This document shows, piece by piece, positions 9,208-18,945 of a stretch of 64,000 bases of DNA. Position 1 is the stretch's first letter. Each line of letters starts with the position of its first letter. Below the pieces are notes generated by a model, which was not told the DNA's origin, did no database searches, and was given only the letters and a program-made list of their open reading frames with translations. The position numbers were made by a program, and so were the translations under genes. This stretch comes from a virus (taxonomy: Duplodnaviria > Caudoviricetes). Location: positions 32,001 through 96,000 of the IMG/VR virus record IMGVR_UViG_3300042291_000844; one strand, given 5' to 3'.

Positions 9208-10836
9208 TTAGATAGAAGCCAAATCTTTAACATAAATCTTACCATAGAATTCTGGACGGACCATCTTCTTAGCGTAACGAGTCATAACACCACGACGAGG
9301 CGTGAAGTTAGATGGGTCGTACACTAATGGAGTCATAATCAATGGTACATATGGAGCATAAACCGCACCAGTCTCAAGGAAGTTACTTCCTTTGAATCCT
9401 AATAAGATTTCGTTAGAAGTCATATAAGGGTTCTTGTAAACTGTGTAACGAGATGCCAAAGAACCTACTTGAGATACACCAGCTGCGAAAGATGTAGCAT
9501 CTTTATCAGCGTTAACTGTAAATCCAGGAATTGATTCTAAGATAGTACAAACATCTGGAGATGCAACGATGAAGTTAGCACCACCACGTAATGTTAATTG
9601 GTGAATCTTGTTAGAAACTTTGTTCAATTTAACACCTAATGTTTGGAACCATGTATTTTTTTGGTATGCCAATGAATTGTTACCTGCTGACCAAGTACCT
9701 GCTGCTGCATTGTACTCTTCACCGATTGAAGCAGACCAGTAATCAACTGTCAAAGCATTTGATTTTAACATATCTAAGATTTCTAAGTCAATCTCTAAAG
9801 AGATATATTCAGATAACATAGAAGTTAATTCAGCTTCAGCATCGATTGAGTGATATGCATTCAAATCTTGTGCCAATTCTGGAGTCCACACTGCTTTTAA
9901 CTTACGAGTCTTAGCAACGATTGCCTCAGAACGTAATTCTAAGTCAACTTCTGGAATACCTAAATCAGTTGCTGGTTCAGTTGGGTTACCATCTTCGAAA
10001 TCACCACGAGTGTTTGAAGTTGGAGCCTGTGCATATTTAACAGTGATTTGTGTGTGAGCACCAGCTGTGTATTTAGCATAGAATACGATATTATCACCAT
10101 CAACTTTAGTAAATTGAGGATAGAACGCATCAGCAGCAGAGAATGCTGAAGATGAGAAGTAGAATGAACGTACACCATCTAAATCTGGTCTTGATAATTC
10201 TGATTTAGGGAATACAACTTTTCTTAATCCGCCTGTTGCAGTACCTAAAGCTACTGATGCAGATAAAGATGAATCGAATCCAACTTCTGCCCATGTTGCA
10301 GAACCAGTACTGATTACATCAGCAGATGCTACTAATGAACTAGATTCGTTAACTGTATAACCATAACGACCTTCACCATAAAGACCGTTTACTGCAGATT
10401 TAGTTCTACCGAAATCACCATCAAATGTTGAAGTACCTGCACCACCGAATAAAGATTTTCCAGAAAATGCTGGATTACCTGGAACTGCAGTACCATATTT
10501 GAAGTCTAGATAGAATATAAGACCTGAAGGTAAGTTCATTGGTTGAACTGAAACGAATTCTTTCGCTGCAATTTCACCAAAGATTCTTCTTACTAATGGT
10601 AAAGCGACGCCAGACCATTCTTCAGAACCTGCTGAAGTACCAGTTGCGGTAGCTTCATCCAATAATTGTTTCGCTTGGTTCTCTAATAGAACTGCGATTT
10701 GAGATTGCTCTCTTTCTTTTAAACCTTCTAAAAGACCAGTTGCTTCCCATTTGCTTTTCAATTGACGTGTTTCAGCCAACATTACCGCTTGTGGGTTCTT
10801 GCCTTCCATAAGTTTAGATAAATTAAAATTTGCCAT
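9208..10836 (-). CDS. gp23: Major capsid protein (T4 gp23 family)
   Basis: VSVQPMNLPSGLIFYL, KTRKLKA.WT.ELAQDL.A.H.IDAEAEL..MLS..I..EID.EI, Y.PYVPL, TRY motifs; AAGGAG SD. Confidence 0.97.
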   Translation of the reverse strand: MANFNLSKLMEGKNPQAVMLAETRQLKSKWEATGLLEGLKEREQSQIAVLLENQAKQLLDEATATGTSAGSEEWSGVALPLVRRIFGEIAAKEFVSVQPMNLPSGLIFYLDFKYGTAVPGNPAFSGKSLFGGAGTSTFDGDFGRTKSAVNGLYGEGRYGYTVNESSSLVASADVISTGSATWAEVGFDSSLSASVALGTATGGLRKVVFPKSELSRPDLDGVRSFYFSSSAFSAADAFYPQFTKVDGDNIVFYAKYTAGAHTQITVKYAQAPTSNTRGDFEDGNPTEPATDLGIPEVDLELRSEAIVAKTRKLKAVWTPELAQDLNAYHSIDAEAELTSMLSEYISLEIDLEILDMLKSNALTVDYWSASIGEEYNAAAGTWSAGNNSLAYQKNTWFQTLGVKLNKVSNKIHQLTLRGGANFIVASPDVCTILESIPGFTVNADKDATSFAAGVSQVGSLASRYTVYKNPYMTSNEILLGFKGSNFLETGAVYAPYVPLIMTPLVYDPSNFTPRRGVMTRYAKKMVRPEFYGKIYVKDLASI

Positions 10837-10871
10837 TTTATTTTTTCTCCTTTGGGGTTGTTTTTTTTTGT

Positions 10872-11987
10872 TTATTTAATATTTGCTAATTTCTTGAAAC
10901 GTTCTGCCATAGAATTGCTTTCTGCTATAATTGTTTTTGGAGCAGTTGAAGCAACTTTTTTCGATGCGAATGATTCATTCATTTTAGTTTGTTGTTTTAC
11001 CTTCTTAGCAGTTCCACCAATTTTCATTGATTCAGCTAATGTAGAGAAAACTAATTTTACTTCTCTAACGTTTTGAGTTCTATCTAAAGTTTCAACAACT
11101 TTATGTTTTTGCTCATTAGTTAAATCGTAAGAACGGAATAATTTGTTAGTATACAATAATTTTGCATTTAACAAGTTTACTTCGTTGATTGTAGATTTCA
11201 AAGATTTGATAACTTTGTATGCTTCTTCTAAATCAGCTTGTAATTCAGCTTTTTCTTCATCAGCACCTTCTTTCATTTCCTCTTCTTCACCTTCCATTTT
11301 TTCGTCATCACCATAACCCATTTCACGTAAGATTTCGTCTAAGTCGATTTCTTCGTCTTCTTCGGATACTGGTTCTGCTTTTTCGTCACCTTCTGCAAAA
11401 GCTTCTGGTTTTTCTTCCTCTTCAACATACTCAGGTTTTTCAGTTTCGAATTTTACTTCGCCTTTTTCATCACCTTCTTCTGTCATTGGGTCGTTTTTAC
11501 CATCTAACTCTTGTTCTAGTTCTCTGATAATTTCTTCTAAATCGAAATCATCTTCATCCATAGGTTCAGGTTTTTCTTCTTCAGAAATTGCTCCAGTTGG
11601 GTCGTCGTTAACACCATCACCATTTTCATCTTCATCAGATTCTGCGATTGTGTTGTTTTCGTCTTCTTTACCTGGTGTTGCTGTTTCTTTGTCAGTATCA
11701 CCTAATTCTGTGTGTGCATCAGTTGAGATACCCTGTGGGTCTTTGTTCTCAACATCGCCAAATTTTGTGCTGTCTGCATCCGATGTGTCATCTGCACCAT
11801 ACTCTTCAGTTACATCTGCTGTCTCATCTTCTTCACCTTCCATTTCGGCTGTGATTTTCTTAGATAAGATAGATTGTAAACGTGGAGTAAAAGCTTCCTC
11901 TAATGCGATTTTAGCATTAGCGATTGCAGTTTCACGTACGGCTTTAGCATCAGCAATTGCATCTTTCAACAATTTTGAATTTGCCAT
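10872..11987 (-). CDS. Prohead core scaffolding protein (gp22-like)
   Basis: Highly acidic middle, EVNLLNAKLLY.NKLF C-terminal coil; immediately upstream of the capsid gene. Confidence 0.8.
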   Translation of the reverse strand: MANSKLLKDAIADAKAVRETAIANAKIALEEAFTPRLQSILSKKITAEMEGEEDETADVTEEYGADDTSDADSTKFGDVENKDPQGISTDAHTELGDTDKETATPGKEDENNTIAESDEDENGDGVNDDPTGAISEEEKPEPMDEDDFDLEEIIRELEQELDGKNDPMTEEGDEKGEVKFETEKPEYVEEEEKPEAFAEGDEKAEPVSEEDEEIDLDEILREMGYGDDEKMEGEEEEMKEGADEEKAELQADLEEAYKVIKSLKSTINEVNLLNAKLLYTNKLFRSYDLTNEQKHKVVETLDRTQNVREVKLVFSTLAESMKIGGTAKKVKQQTKMNESFASKKVASTAPKTIIAESNSMAERFKKLANIK

Positions 11988-12137
11988 TTGTTTTCTTCCT
12001 TTACTTTTTTTTCTGAAAATATTGAGTGATTTTCAATCGAATTGATTAAGTTAGTTGTTCGGTGACCTCACATAAGGGTGGGTATTCATTAACCAACGGG
12101 ATAAAATTAAACCTACATTAAGTAGGTTATTATAGAA

Positions 12138-12145
12138 ATAAATAT
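12138..12145 (-). promoter_or_regulatory. Putative late promoter ATATTTAT of the scaffold-capsid operon
   Basis: Motif 150 nt upstream of scaffold ATG, followed by a hairpin-rich leader. Confidence 0.5.
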
Positions 12146-12185
12146 ATAAATGTTTACGAAACCGCAAAATTTATGTAAAATATTT

Positions 12186-12488
12186 TTAATCTCTTGAGGT
12201 GTCTTTATCTGATTGAGGTGTTTTTTTACTAACTTTCTTTTTCTTTTTAGTAAAAAACCTAATCGTTCTATCACCATCTGCAATCTTACCGAGAGCAACT
12301 CTTTTTTGCTCTTCTCTGATTGCCTTTTGTTTTTGTAATCGTCTTTTTGTAGTAGGTTTAACGTATTCCTTTCTTTCTCTTAGTTCTAAGAGGTGTCCAG
12401 ATTCCATAACCTTTTTTTTGAATTTCTTTAAAGCCTTTGCAATGTCTCCATTACGAACTTCGACTGTAACTCTTGATAATCCGCTCAT
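12186..12488 (-). CDS. rpsU: Phage-encoded ribosomal protein bS21 with Lys-rich C-terminal extension
   Basis: V.VRNGDI.KALKKFKKKV..SG.L.ELRER..Y.KPTTKRR..K.KAI aligns with the bS21 family. Confidence 0.92.
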   Translation of the reverse strand: MSGLSRVTVEVRNGDIAKALKKFKKKVMESGHLLELRERKEYVKPTTKRRLQKQKAIREEQKRVALGKIADGDRTIRFFTKKKKKVSKKTPQSDKDTSRD

Positions 12489-12525
12489 TAATTGTATTTA
12501 AATTGTGTTTGTAACTTATTTGGTA

Positions 12526-12533
12526 ATAAATAT
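12526..12533 (-). promoter_or_regulatory. Putative late promoter ATATTTAT upstream of bS21
   Basis: Motif about 38 nt upstream of bS21 ATG in a short intergenic gap. Confidence 0.5.
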
Positions 12534-12545
12534 GTCTTTTATAGA

Positions 12546-13619
12546 TTATTTGCTTAAAAGGAACAATGCTTCTTCAGCTTCTTGTTGATTTTTAATCTTT
12601 GGGTCTTTATACATATCTACTTTATATCCTCTTAACGCATTTGATAAGAATATCATATACTTAGGATGTCCTAATTTTTCTTCTAACGTAGAAAGTGAAT
12701 CATAGAACGATTGCTCGTTTCCTTTATTCATTTTTTCTGCTGCTTTGAATTCTTCTTTATGTTTATCAATATATGATGCAGTTGAATCTTTATATCCGTA
12801 TTGTGCTTCGTTTACTTTACCACAATCAACACAATTAGTTTTAGATTCTTCTAATGGCCATTGTTTCAACCACTTTAACCACTCTTTAGTATTCCAATCG
12901 TTTCTTTGTCTTGCATCTACTTTATAGTATTTTGCAAATACATCTTTTAATTCTGATTTGTAATTAGCAAAACCGGGTATTTTAGATGTAACGTTTACAA
13001 ATTCATTTGCACTAGCGTAATGTTCCATTGAGTTAGATAACATATCTACTAATGCTAACATTGCTTTATCATTACCTAACGCTTCGTTTACTGATTCATT
13101 CTTTGGAACACAATTAGGAACTTGAGCACCACCTTTACCTGGTTTCATTCCTATCATCTCATATCCTTTCCAACATGGGTCTTTCTCCCCACCTTGTAAT
13201 TTACCATCTTCTCTCAATCCCAAACGTTCTCTCATTTGTTCTTCAGAAATTTCACCAATTTTATAGTAACGAGATAGGATATGTCCCATATCTTCGTATA
13301 ATCCATGTAATCTTTGGTCTAAGTTCTTTGCTTCTATTGCAACTTGGTCGAATGATTTACCTAATTTAGTTAATTCATTCATATTACGTTTAACAGTATG
13401 TGCATCAAACCAATCATCTGCTTCGTTTACCGCCAATTCTCTAGCTGCATCGGTAATACCACCTAAAGTTTCTGCAACTTCAGTAATATCTGATTTTCTA
13501 TCCATCATTTCTTGATACTTGTTGTATGTAGAAACGATTTCTAAGAAATGTTTTTTTACTTCGTTAGAAAATCTTTTTGGTTCTTCACCTTCTTTAACTA
13601 TCTTTGATAAACGTATCAT
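12546..13619 (-). CDS. Modular prohead core / internal head protein
   Basis: Helical N-terminal domain, PCWKGY...VPNCVP motif, NE/ESVNE-delimited modules; AGGAG SD. Confidence 0.6.
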   Translation of the reverse strand: MIRLSKIVKEGEEPKRFSNEVKKHFLEIVSTYNKYQEMMDRKSDITEVAETLGGITDAARELAVNEADDWFDAHTVKRNMNELTKLGKSFDQVAIEAKNLDQRLHGLYEDMGHILSRYYKIGEISEEQMRERLGLREDGKLQGGEKDPCWKGYEMIGMKPGKGGAQVPNCVPKNESVNEALGNDKAMLALVDMLSNSMEHYASANEFVNVTSKIPGFANYKSELKDVFAKYYKVDARQRNDWNTKEWLKWLKQWPLEESKTNCVDCGKVNEAQYGYKDSTASYIDKHKEEFKAAEKMNKGNEQSFYDSLSTLEEKLGHPKYMIFLSNALRGYKVDMYKDPKIKNQQEAEEALFLLSK

Positions 13620-13629
13620 TTATTATCTC

Positions 13630-14988
13630 CTATTTTACTAATTTTGCTAATTTTATTGATTCTGATTTAAATGGATTAAATAATCCTCTATTATTTACTT
13701 CCTTTTCAGTAGATGGTGCAACTTTTGCATTTTGTTGGTGTTTGTTCTTTATTGGATTATATTTTTCCAATTCATCAACATTAACATTACCATCTGCATC
13801 GGTTTTAACCTCGCCCGATTTATCATCACCCATTCTTACAATACCAACTGTCTTTGTTCTTGTATTATATACTAAATCATCTTTTTTGAATTTACCTTCA
13901 TTTGTAGTATCTTTTGTTTTAAGTACGTCTGCAAATGTATTTTCAATTTCATCCATCATATTGAATTCATTTAATTCATCCCAATCAAATGATGTTTTTA
14001 ATTTAGTCCAATTTATTTTTTCGTTTTTAGGTGCACCCGATACAATTGTCCAAATCAAGTCATTACATACTTTTATTTTAGCATCTTTATCTTGTGAATA
14101 TTTAGGATTATCTAATGCTTTTATAGTAGTATCATATACTGCTTTAACATTGTTGTATGCTAACTCTTTTCTAGTATAATGTATATCAGCTAATTTTTTA
14201 GCTGCAGCTTCTCTTTTTTTCTTAAAGTATGGAATTATATCTAATATGTCTTCATTTACCATTTTTGATAACGAAAGTCTACCTTCATTCTTCATATATG
14301 GTTTATTATCAAATACTGATTGAATTAAATCCGCTTCTTTATGAAATCCATTCATCCTTAATGTAAATGCTATACCATCTGCTGCATCAACTCCATCCCA
14401 TCCTGATGCTTGTGATACATCCGTACCATAATCATCAATCTCACCAGTTCCGTTCATATAAACCGAACCATCTGCCGAATTCTTACGAATATCAGCCATT
14501 TTCTCTTTATACTTAGGGTCTTTGATTGACGGATATTCAGGTTTCTTTGCAAATTCAGGTTTTCCCTCAATCGCTGCTACTAATTCTCTTGCCTCACTAT
14601 GGAAGTTTGAATCAGTTAGTGCAGAAACTGCTGCTTGAAACATTGCTTCTTTATATTTTTCATTACCCAACTTTTGTGGAGTAATTCCTGATTTCTCAGC
14701 TAATTTCTTAGCATCTTTATTTACCGATGGATTACCTGGTCTTTTCTTTTTAGGTTCTGATGTTGGTTCATCCTTCTTAGGTTCTGCTGCAGGAGTATTA
14801 AATATATTTGCGGTTGGTGTAGATGCCTTTTTAGAAACATCGCCCCCTTTACCATCTGCTTTTGAGTGAGTTCCTGCTTTGATTGCAGAATCTCTACTAT
14901 CCTTTGATTTGAACACCGATGTTTTACCGGTCTTCTTATTAGTAGCAGTAAACGTTTCTTCGTTAAGTAAATTATTTAATTTAATCAT
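13630..14988 (-). CDS. Modular Lys/Glu-rich internal head protein
   Basis: 452 aa; repeated (L/V/K/T)NE linkers; lies between protease and scaffold genes. Confidence 0.55.
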   Translation of the reverse strand: MIKLNNLLNEETFTATNKKTGKTSVFKSKDSRDSAIKAGTHSKADGKGGDVSKKASTPTANIFNTPAAEPKKDEPTSEPKKKRPGNPSVNKDAKKLAEKSGITPQKLGNEKYKEAMFQAAVSALTDSNFHSEARELVAAIEGKPEFAKKPEYPSIKDPKYKEKMADIRKNSADGSVYMNGTGEIDDYGTDVSQASGWDGVDAADGIAFTLRMNGFHKEADLIQSVFDNKPYMKNEGRLSLSKMVNEDILDIIPYFKKKREAAAKKLADIHYTRKELAYNNVKAVYDTTIKALDNPKYSQDKDAKIKVCNDLIWTIVSGAPKNEKINWTKLKTSFDWDELNEFNMMDEIENTFADVLKTKDTTNEGKFKKDDLVYNTRTKTVGIVRMGDDKSGEVKTDADGNVNVDELEKYNPIKNKHQQNAKVAPSTEKEVNNRGLFNPFKSESIKLAKLVK

Positions 14989-15007
14989 TAGTTGATGTTC
15001 CTATATT

Positions 15008-15448
15008 TTAAAATCCTATTGAGACCGTTTTATTATCAAATTCTATCCAACGTATTTTTAATGCAATTAAATCTTTTAAATCTGATGGGTCTAATCTCCA
15101 ATTTTTTTCTGCCATTTCAATATCAGCGATATTACCATGAATACCATCCCAAATTGTAATAACTTTACCATTAAAGAATTTTAAGAATTGTTGTACTTGT
15201 TTTTGTTTGTTAGAATCTAATTCTTTTAATTCAATTTCTGATGCCTCTTTAATTACCCTTTTAGTTTCAGTTAATACAGTTTTATGTGTATAAAGGTCTA
15301 ACTTACCATCGGCTTTAATCTTAACCTCATAGTTAGTCTTACGAATATCGTTATGACCACCCTTAAAAGGTGTATCACCAACTTCTTTCTTAATACTACC
15401 CATTTCTATTTTGTTATCTCTTAGATAATCTTGTATTGAAAATGCCAT
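15008..15448 (-). CDS. Hypothetical head-module protein
   Basis: 146 aa; LTE/IKE linker; AAGGA SD. Confidence 0.55.
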   Translation of the reverse strand: MAFSIQDYLRDNKIEMGSIKKEVGDTPFKGGHNDIRKTNYEVKIKADGKLDLYTHKTVLTETKRVIKEASEIELKELDSNKQKQVQQFLKFFNGKVITIWDGIHGNIADIEMAEKNWRLDPSDLKDLIALKIRWIEFDNKTVSIGF

Positions 15449-15458
15449 ATTGTATCCT

Positions 15459-16058
15459 TTATGCTAATTCAGTAATGATTTCTCTCATAAGGTCTTGTGC
15501 CTTACAATACTCACCACAAACTATAGCTTGTTCTTTTAATTGTCTATTTACTGATTCATTCATCGTAACCGGTGTCATAAATGCACCATGTGTAGATGGG
15601 TTAGAAACAAAATCCCAACCAATCAGTTCAAAATCATCACCCACTTTTACTTTACCTTCGCCAATGTTAACTACCGAACCCATACCACGAGAGGAAATAC
15701 CCAAAAGGATACCTGCTCTTAATAATTCTTTTAAGATGTTACCTGATGGGGTTGGTAGAATTTCTACTGTGCCACAAAGGTCATCACCTTCCCAATGAAT
15801 TTCTTTTACGTTATGTGAAACATTCTTTAAGTTGATAATACCAGAATCTGGATGGTCTAACTCTCCTAATGCACGTCTTTCTTTAATAAGAACTTCGTAT
15901 TTCTTTGCTTCACGCATTAAGATTTCTTTAGGGTATATACGACCATTTTGGTTTTCTGCAACCGCTCTTTGAAGAATACCTTTAACTAAGGTTCTACCAT
16001 TTGAATCTTCATTCAATTTTCCTTCAAATAATGTTGTTTCTATTAATAAATTTTTCAT
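15459..16058 (-). CDS. gp21: Prohead core protease (T4 gp21 family)
   Basis: NQNGR.YP, GELDHP, GISSRG.GS, WD.VSNPST motifs; ATG 16058 coupled by TAATG to the upstream ORF. Confidence 0.95.
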   Translation of the reverse strand: MKNLLIETTLFEGKLNEDSNGRTLVKGILQRAVAENQNGRIYPKEILMREAKKYEVLIKERRALGELDHPDSGIINLKNVSHNVKEIHWEGDDLCGTVEILPTPSGNILKELLRAGILLGISSRGMGSVVNIGEGKVKVGDDFELIGWDFVSNPSTHGAFMTPVTMNESVNRQLKEQAIVCGEYCKAQDLMREIITELA

Positions 16059-16234
16059 TATGCTCCCCACGTTTTTCTCTTTTTAAAGAGGTCAAAAAAT
16101 ATTGCAGATACTTCTCTACGAATAATATCACGAATAAGTTTTTCATCCTCAGTTGTGATTTCTTCTTTGACGATACCCCATTTTACTTTGGTTATCTCTT
16201 CGTTAATAATATCTAACAATCTTTTTCGTGTCAT
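16058..16234 (-). CDS. 58-aa hypothetical protein missing from the ORF track
   Basis: MTRKRLLDIINEEI...IRDIIRREVSAIFFDLFKKRKTWGA*; fills the gap exactly and its stop overlaps the gp21 start. Confidence 0.75.
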   Translation of the reverse strand: MTRKRLLDIINEEITKVKWGIVKEEITTEDEKLIRDIIRREVSAIFFDLFKKRKTWGA

Positions 16235-16236
16235 TG

Positions 16237-16719
16237 TTATTTTTTCTTTACTAATTCGTTTACACCTTCTACTAAATGTAGAACAAAATCACCATTACCA
16301 TTTGATTTTACTACTTTATATTCTTTTTTCTTACCACCGGAATTGATAGTTATTTTTTCACCAACTTTAAATGCGTTTTTATCACCAGTTTTTAATACAG
16401 CAGGTCCATCGTAATCTTCGTTTACTGATTCGTTTGCTTTTTTACCAGCTCTTAAATCTGCTAAATCATCACTACCGATATCACCATCTTTATCAACATC
16501 TAATTTCTTTTGGCCACCAACTAATTCTTCATTCTTCTCGCCCTTACCATTCCATGCTGCATCAATTTTATCAAAGAATGCTTTCTTTTCTTCATCTGAC
16601 ATAGATGGAATTGATTTTCCAGCTTTATCTAATGCTTTTTGAAAGAATGCCTGATATTCATTTTCTTCAGTCATTACTCCTTTGATGATTTCTTTTAATC
16701 GTGTACGTGATATTTTCAT
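16237..16719 (-). CDS. Modular hypothetical head protein
   Basis: YQAFFQKAL.K.GK....MS.EEKK.FF..ID..W domain, LDVDKDGDIGSDDL EF-hand-like segment, ESVNE linker. Confidence 0.6.
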   Translation of the reverse strand: MKISRTRLKEIIKGVMTEENEYQAFFQKALDKAGKSIPSMSDEEKKAFFDKIDAAWNGKGEKNEELVGGQKKLDVDKDGDIGSDDLADLRAGKKANESVNEDYDGPAVLKTGDKNAFKVGEKITINSGGKKKEYKVVKSNGNGDFVLHLVEGVNELVKKK

Positions 16720-18095
16720 TATTTTTCTATCTCCTGTATTGTTTTCGCTATGTTGATTAATCGTTCCTTTATCTTATAAATATGTCCATGCGTTCTTTTC
16801 CAAAATGTATCGGAACTCAATTCATTCATAGTCTTAATTTGATTATACCAACGGAAAAAAGTTTCAACTTCTTTTAATTGATATTTTAATTCTCTCAAAC
16901 CAGTTGCTAACTTCTTATTAGCATGCATTGATTCATCGTTTTTTAATTCTAACCAACGATTTACCGGTCTTTGAATTTTCTTTCCCTCTGATAAACTCTC
17001 ATCCATATGTTCTAAACCATATTTCATAATAGTTTTATCATCTAACATCTTACCATTAAGAGTAAACATACGTTTACCTTTATAATAAACTGACCAATTA
17101 CCTTGTGGGGTTGCATCGACAGTAATATTTTTTAAATCCTTTATACTTCTATCATTAACTTGAATAGCATCTAAGAATTTTTCTGCTTTAGGGTCTAATG
17201 CTTCGTTTACCGATTCATTTGTTGATACAAATAATCTTACTGAAAGAATTACATCTTTATCTATATTTAAACTTCTTACTTTATTTTTTTCTAAATCGTA
17301 AGCCGGATTGATTGTATTTGCTTTTGCAATTACACCATCTTTAACAAAGTGTGGTTGTAATCCAGAATAGTTATCATCTCTAAACATAAAAACATCTTTA
17401 GGAGAATCCTTAGATATTTTAATTATTTTCTTTAAACCTTCCTTACCGATAAAACATCCACCTTCACATTTACTTCCACCATAAGTTTTACCTTTTTGTA
17501 ATGATGCTTCGTTTACCGATTCACCTAATCTATCAAGCATTCCACTTACAACTTTATTAGTTATTTTATGGTTATTATCATTAAAAGCTTTTAAAATTGC
17601 GTGATATACATTTGTACCACCTTTAACATTTTTTTTCTCTATTTTTAGTTTTTTACCATTTTTTAATGTTACTAAAATATAGTGTGGGTTTACAAATTCA
17701 TCCCAATCTTTGTAGATGGGTGCATCTTCGTTTACTGATTCGTATTTAATCATATCGGGGTCAAACTTGTCAAAATTCTTCTTTGCCCATTTAACGGCAT
17801 CTTCATAAGAATTAAATTTAATCCTATCTTGTTTGAATCCCTTTTTCTTATTTAGAAAATCAATATAAACTTTGTCTTCATTTATGGATTCATCAATATT
17901 ATTAATATCATTATTTACTAATGTATAACCGAATTGTGTTGCAGTTTTTTTTCTTTTTTTATCAGAATTTTTACCAGAAAAGGCATGAGGAGTATCGTAA
18001 CCATCAACATTACCTGTCACATTGGCTTCATCTAATTCATCTTCGACTTCCTTAATAAGTTCGTCTATAAAAGATTTAATATTTTTTTCTGACAT
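16719..18095 (-). CDS. Modular head protein with four ESxNE-delimited inserts
   Basis: GYDTPHAF N-terminal motif, FWKRT C-terminal domain, ESINE/ESVNE x4 plus ESLSE. Confidence 0.65.
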   Translation of the reverse strand: MSEKNIKSFIDELIKEVEDELDEANVTGNVDGYDTPHAFSGKNSDKKRKKTATQFGYTLVNNDINNIDESINEDKVYIDFLNKKKGFKQDRIKFNSYEDAVKWAKKNFDKFDPDMIKYESVNEDAPIYKDWDEFVNPHYILVTLKNGKKLKIEKKNVKGGTNVYHAILKAFNDNNHKITNKVVSGMLDRLGESVNEASLQKGKTYGGSKCEGGCFIGKEGLKKIIKISKDSPKDVFMFRDDNYSGLQPHFVKDGVIAKANTINPAYDLEKNKVRSLNIDKDVILSVRLFVSTNESVNEALDPKAEKFLDAIQVNDRSIKDLKNITVDATPQGNWSVYYKGKRMFTLNGKMLDDKTIMKYGLEHMDESLSEGKKIQRPVNRWLELKNDESMHANKKLATGLRELKYQLKEVETFFRWYNQIKTMNELSSDTFWKRTHGHIYKIKERLINIAKTIQEIEK

Positions 18096-18945
18096 TGGTT
18101 ATTTCCTTTATTAATTCGTATGATATCATCAACGCTGAAACCTGTTCATCCGTAATTTTCTTTCCTATCTTTTGTGTTTTCAAAACATTGATAGTTTCTT
18201 TTAATTTAATTTTTGTGATTTTATCATTAACTTCGGAATGTAATTTGTGAAGTTCAGTTACTACTTTCTTTAATTGTGAATCGTAGTATTCACCGAATTT
18301 AGATGTATTATTAACATTATTAATAAATTCTCTTAAAAGACCTTTTTGGTCGTCGTTTAAGTTAGTGTATTTGGTATTAAATGTTTCAACTAGTATTTTA
18401 TATGTCAACAATCTCAAATCTTTTTCTTGATTCTTATATGTTTCCATTAATTTATCTTCAATCTTCTTAATAGATACTGTGGTTGTAGATACGTGTTCTA
18501 CTAATGTAATCTTAGCATCAAATACATCCTTAACATTAGTTACATCTTGTATCTTTGCTTCAAAAATCTTATGAACCGATGCTAATACTCTATAATTAGA
18601 AACAGGAGAAGCAACAAATTCTTCAATATCGAAATTTTCTTTAATAGCTTTTACTAAGTTATACTTTTCTCTTAATAATTTAGTTTCATCTAATTTAGTA
18701 CGAGTTTCGATAATAGCATCAATAAATTTTTCTGCTTTACTTTCTGAATTATATTTTTCAGTTGTAAGTAAATTGAATAAACGCAATTCCTTTGCTAATT
18801 CGGTTTTACCACCAAAAAATTCTTGTACTATTTTTTTAGCCTTCTCAACTGGAGCATTATTTAAAATCTCCAATGTGATTTGACGAGTTAAGAGTTCAAA
18901 TAAAAACCCTGTATTTTTAAATTTCGAATGTTTAATTTTTTTCAT
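18076..18945 (-). CDS. Conserved head-module helical protein
   Basis: KIKHSKFKNTGFLFELL.RQIT N-terminus; immediately downstream of portal. Confidence 0.6.
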   Translation of the reverse strand: MKKIKHSKFKNTGFLFELLTRQITLEILNNAPVEKAKKIVQEFFGGKTELAKELRLFNLLTTEKYNSESKAEKFIDAIIETRTKLDETKLLREKYNLVKAIKENFDIEEFVASPVSNYRVLASVHKIFEAKIQDVTNVKDVFDAKITLVEHVSTTTVSIKKIEDKLMETYKNQEKDLRLLTYKILVETFNTKYTNLNDDQKGLLREFINNVNNTSKFGEYYDSQLKKVVTELHKLHSEVNDKITKIKLKETINVLKTQKIGKKITDEQVSALMISYELIKEITNVRKKY

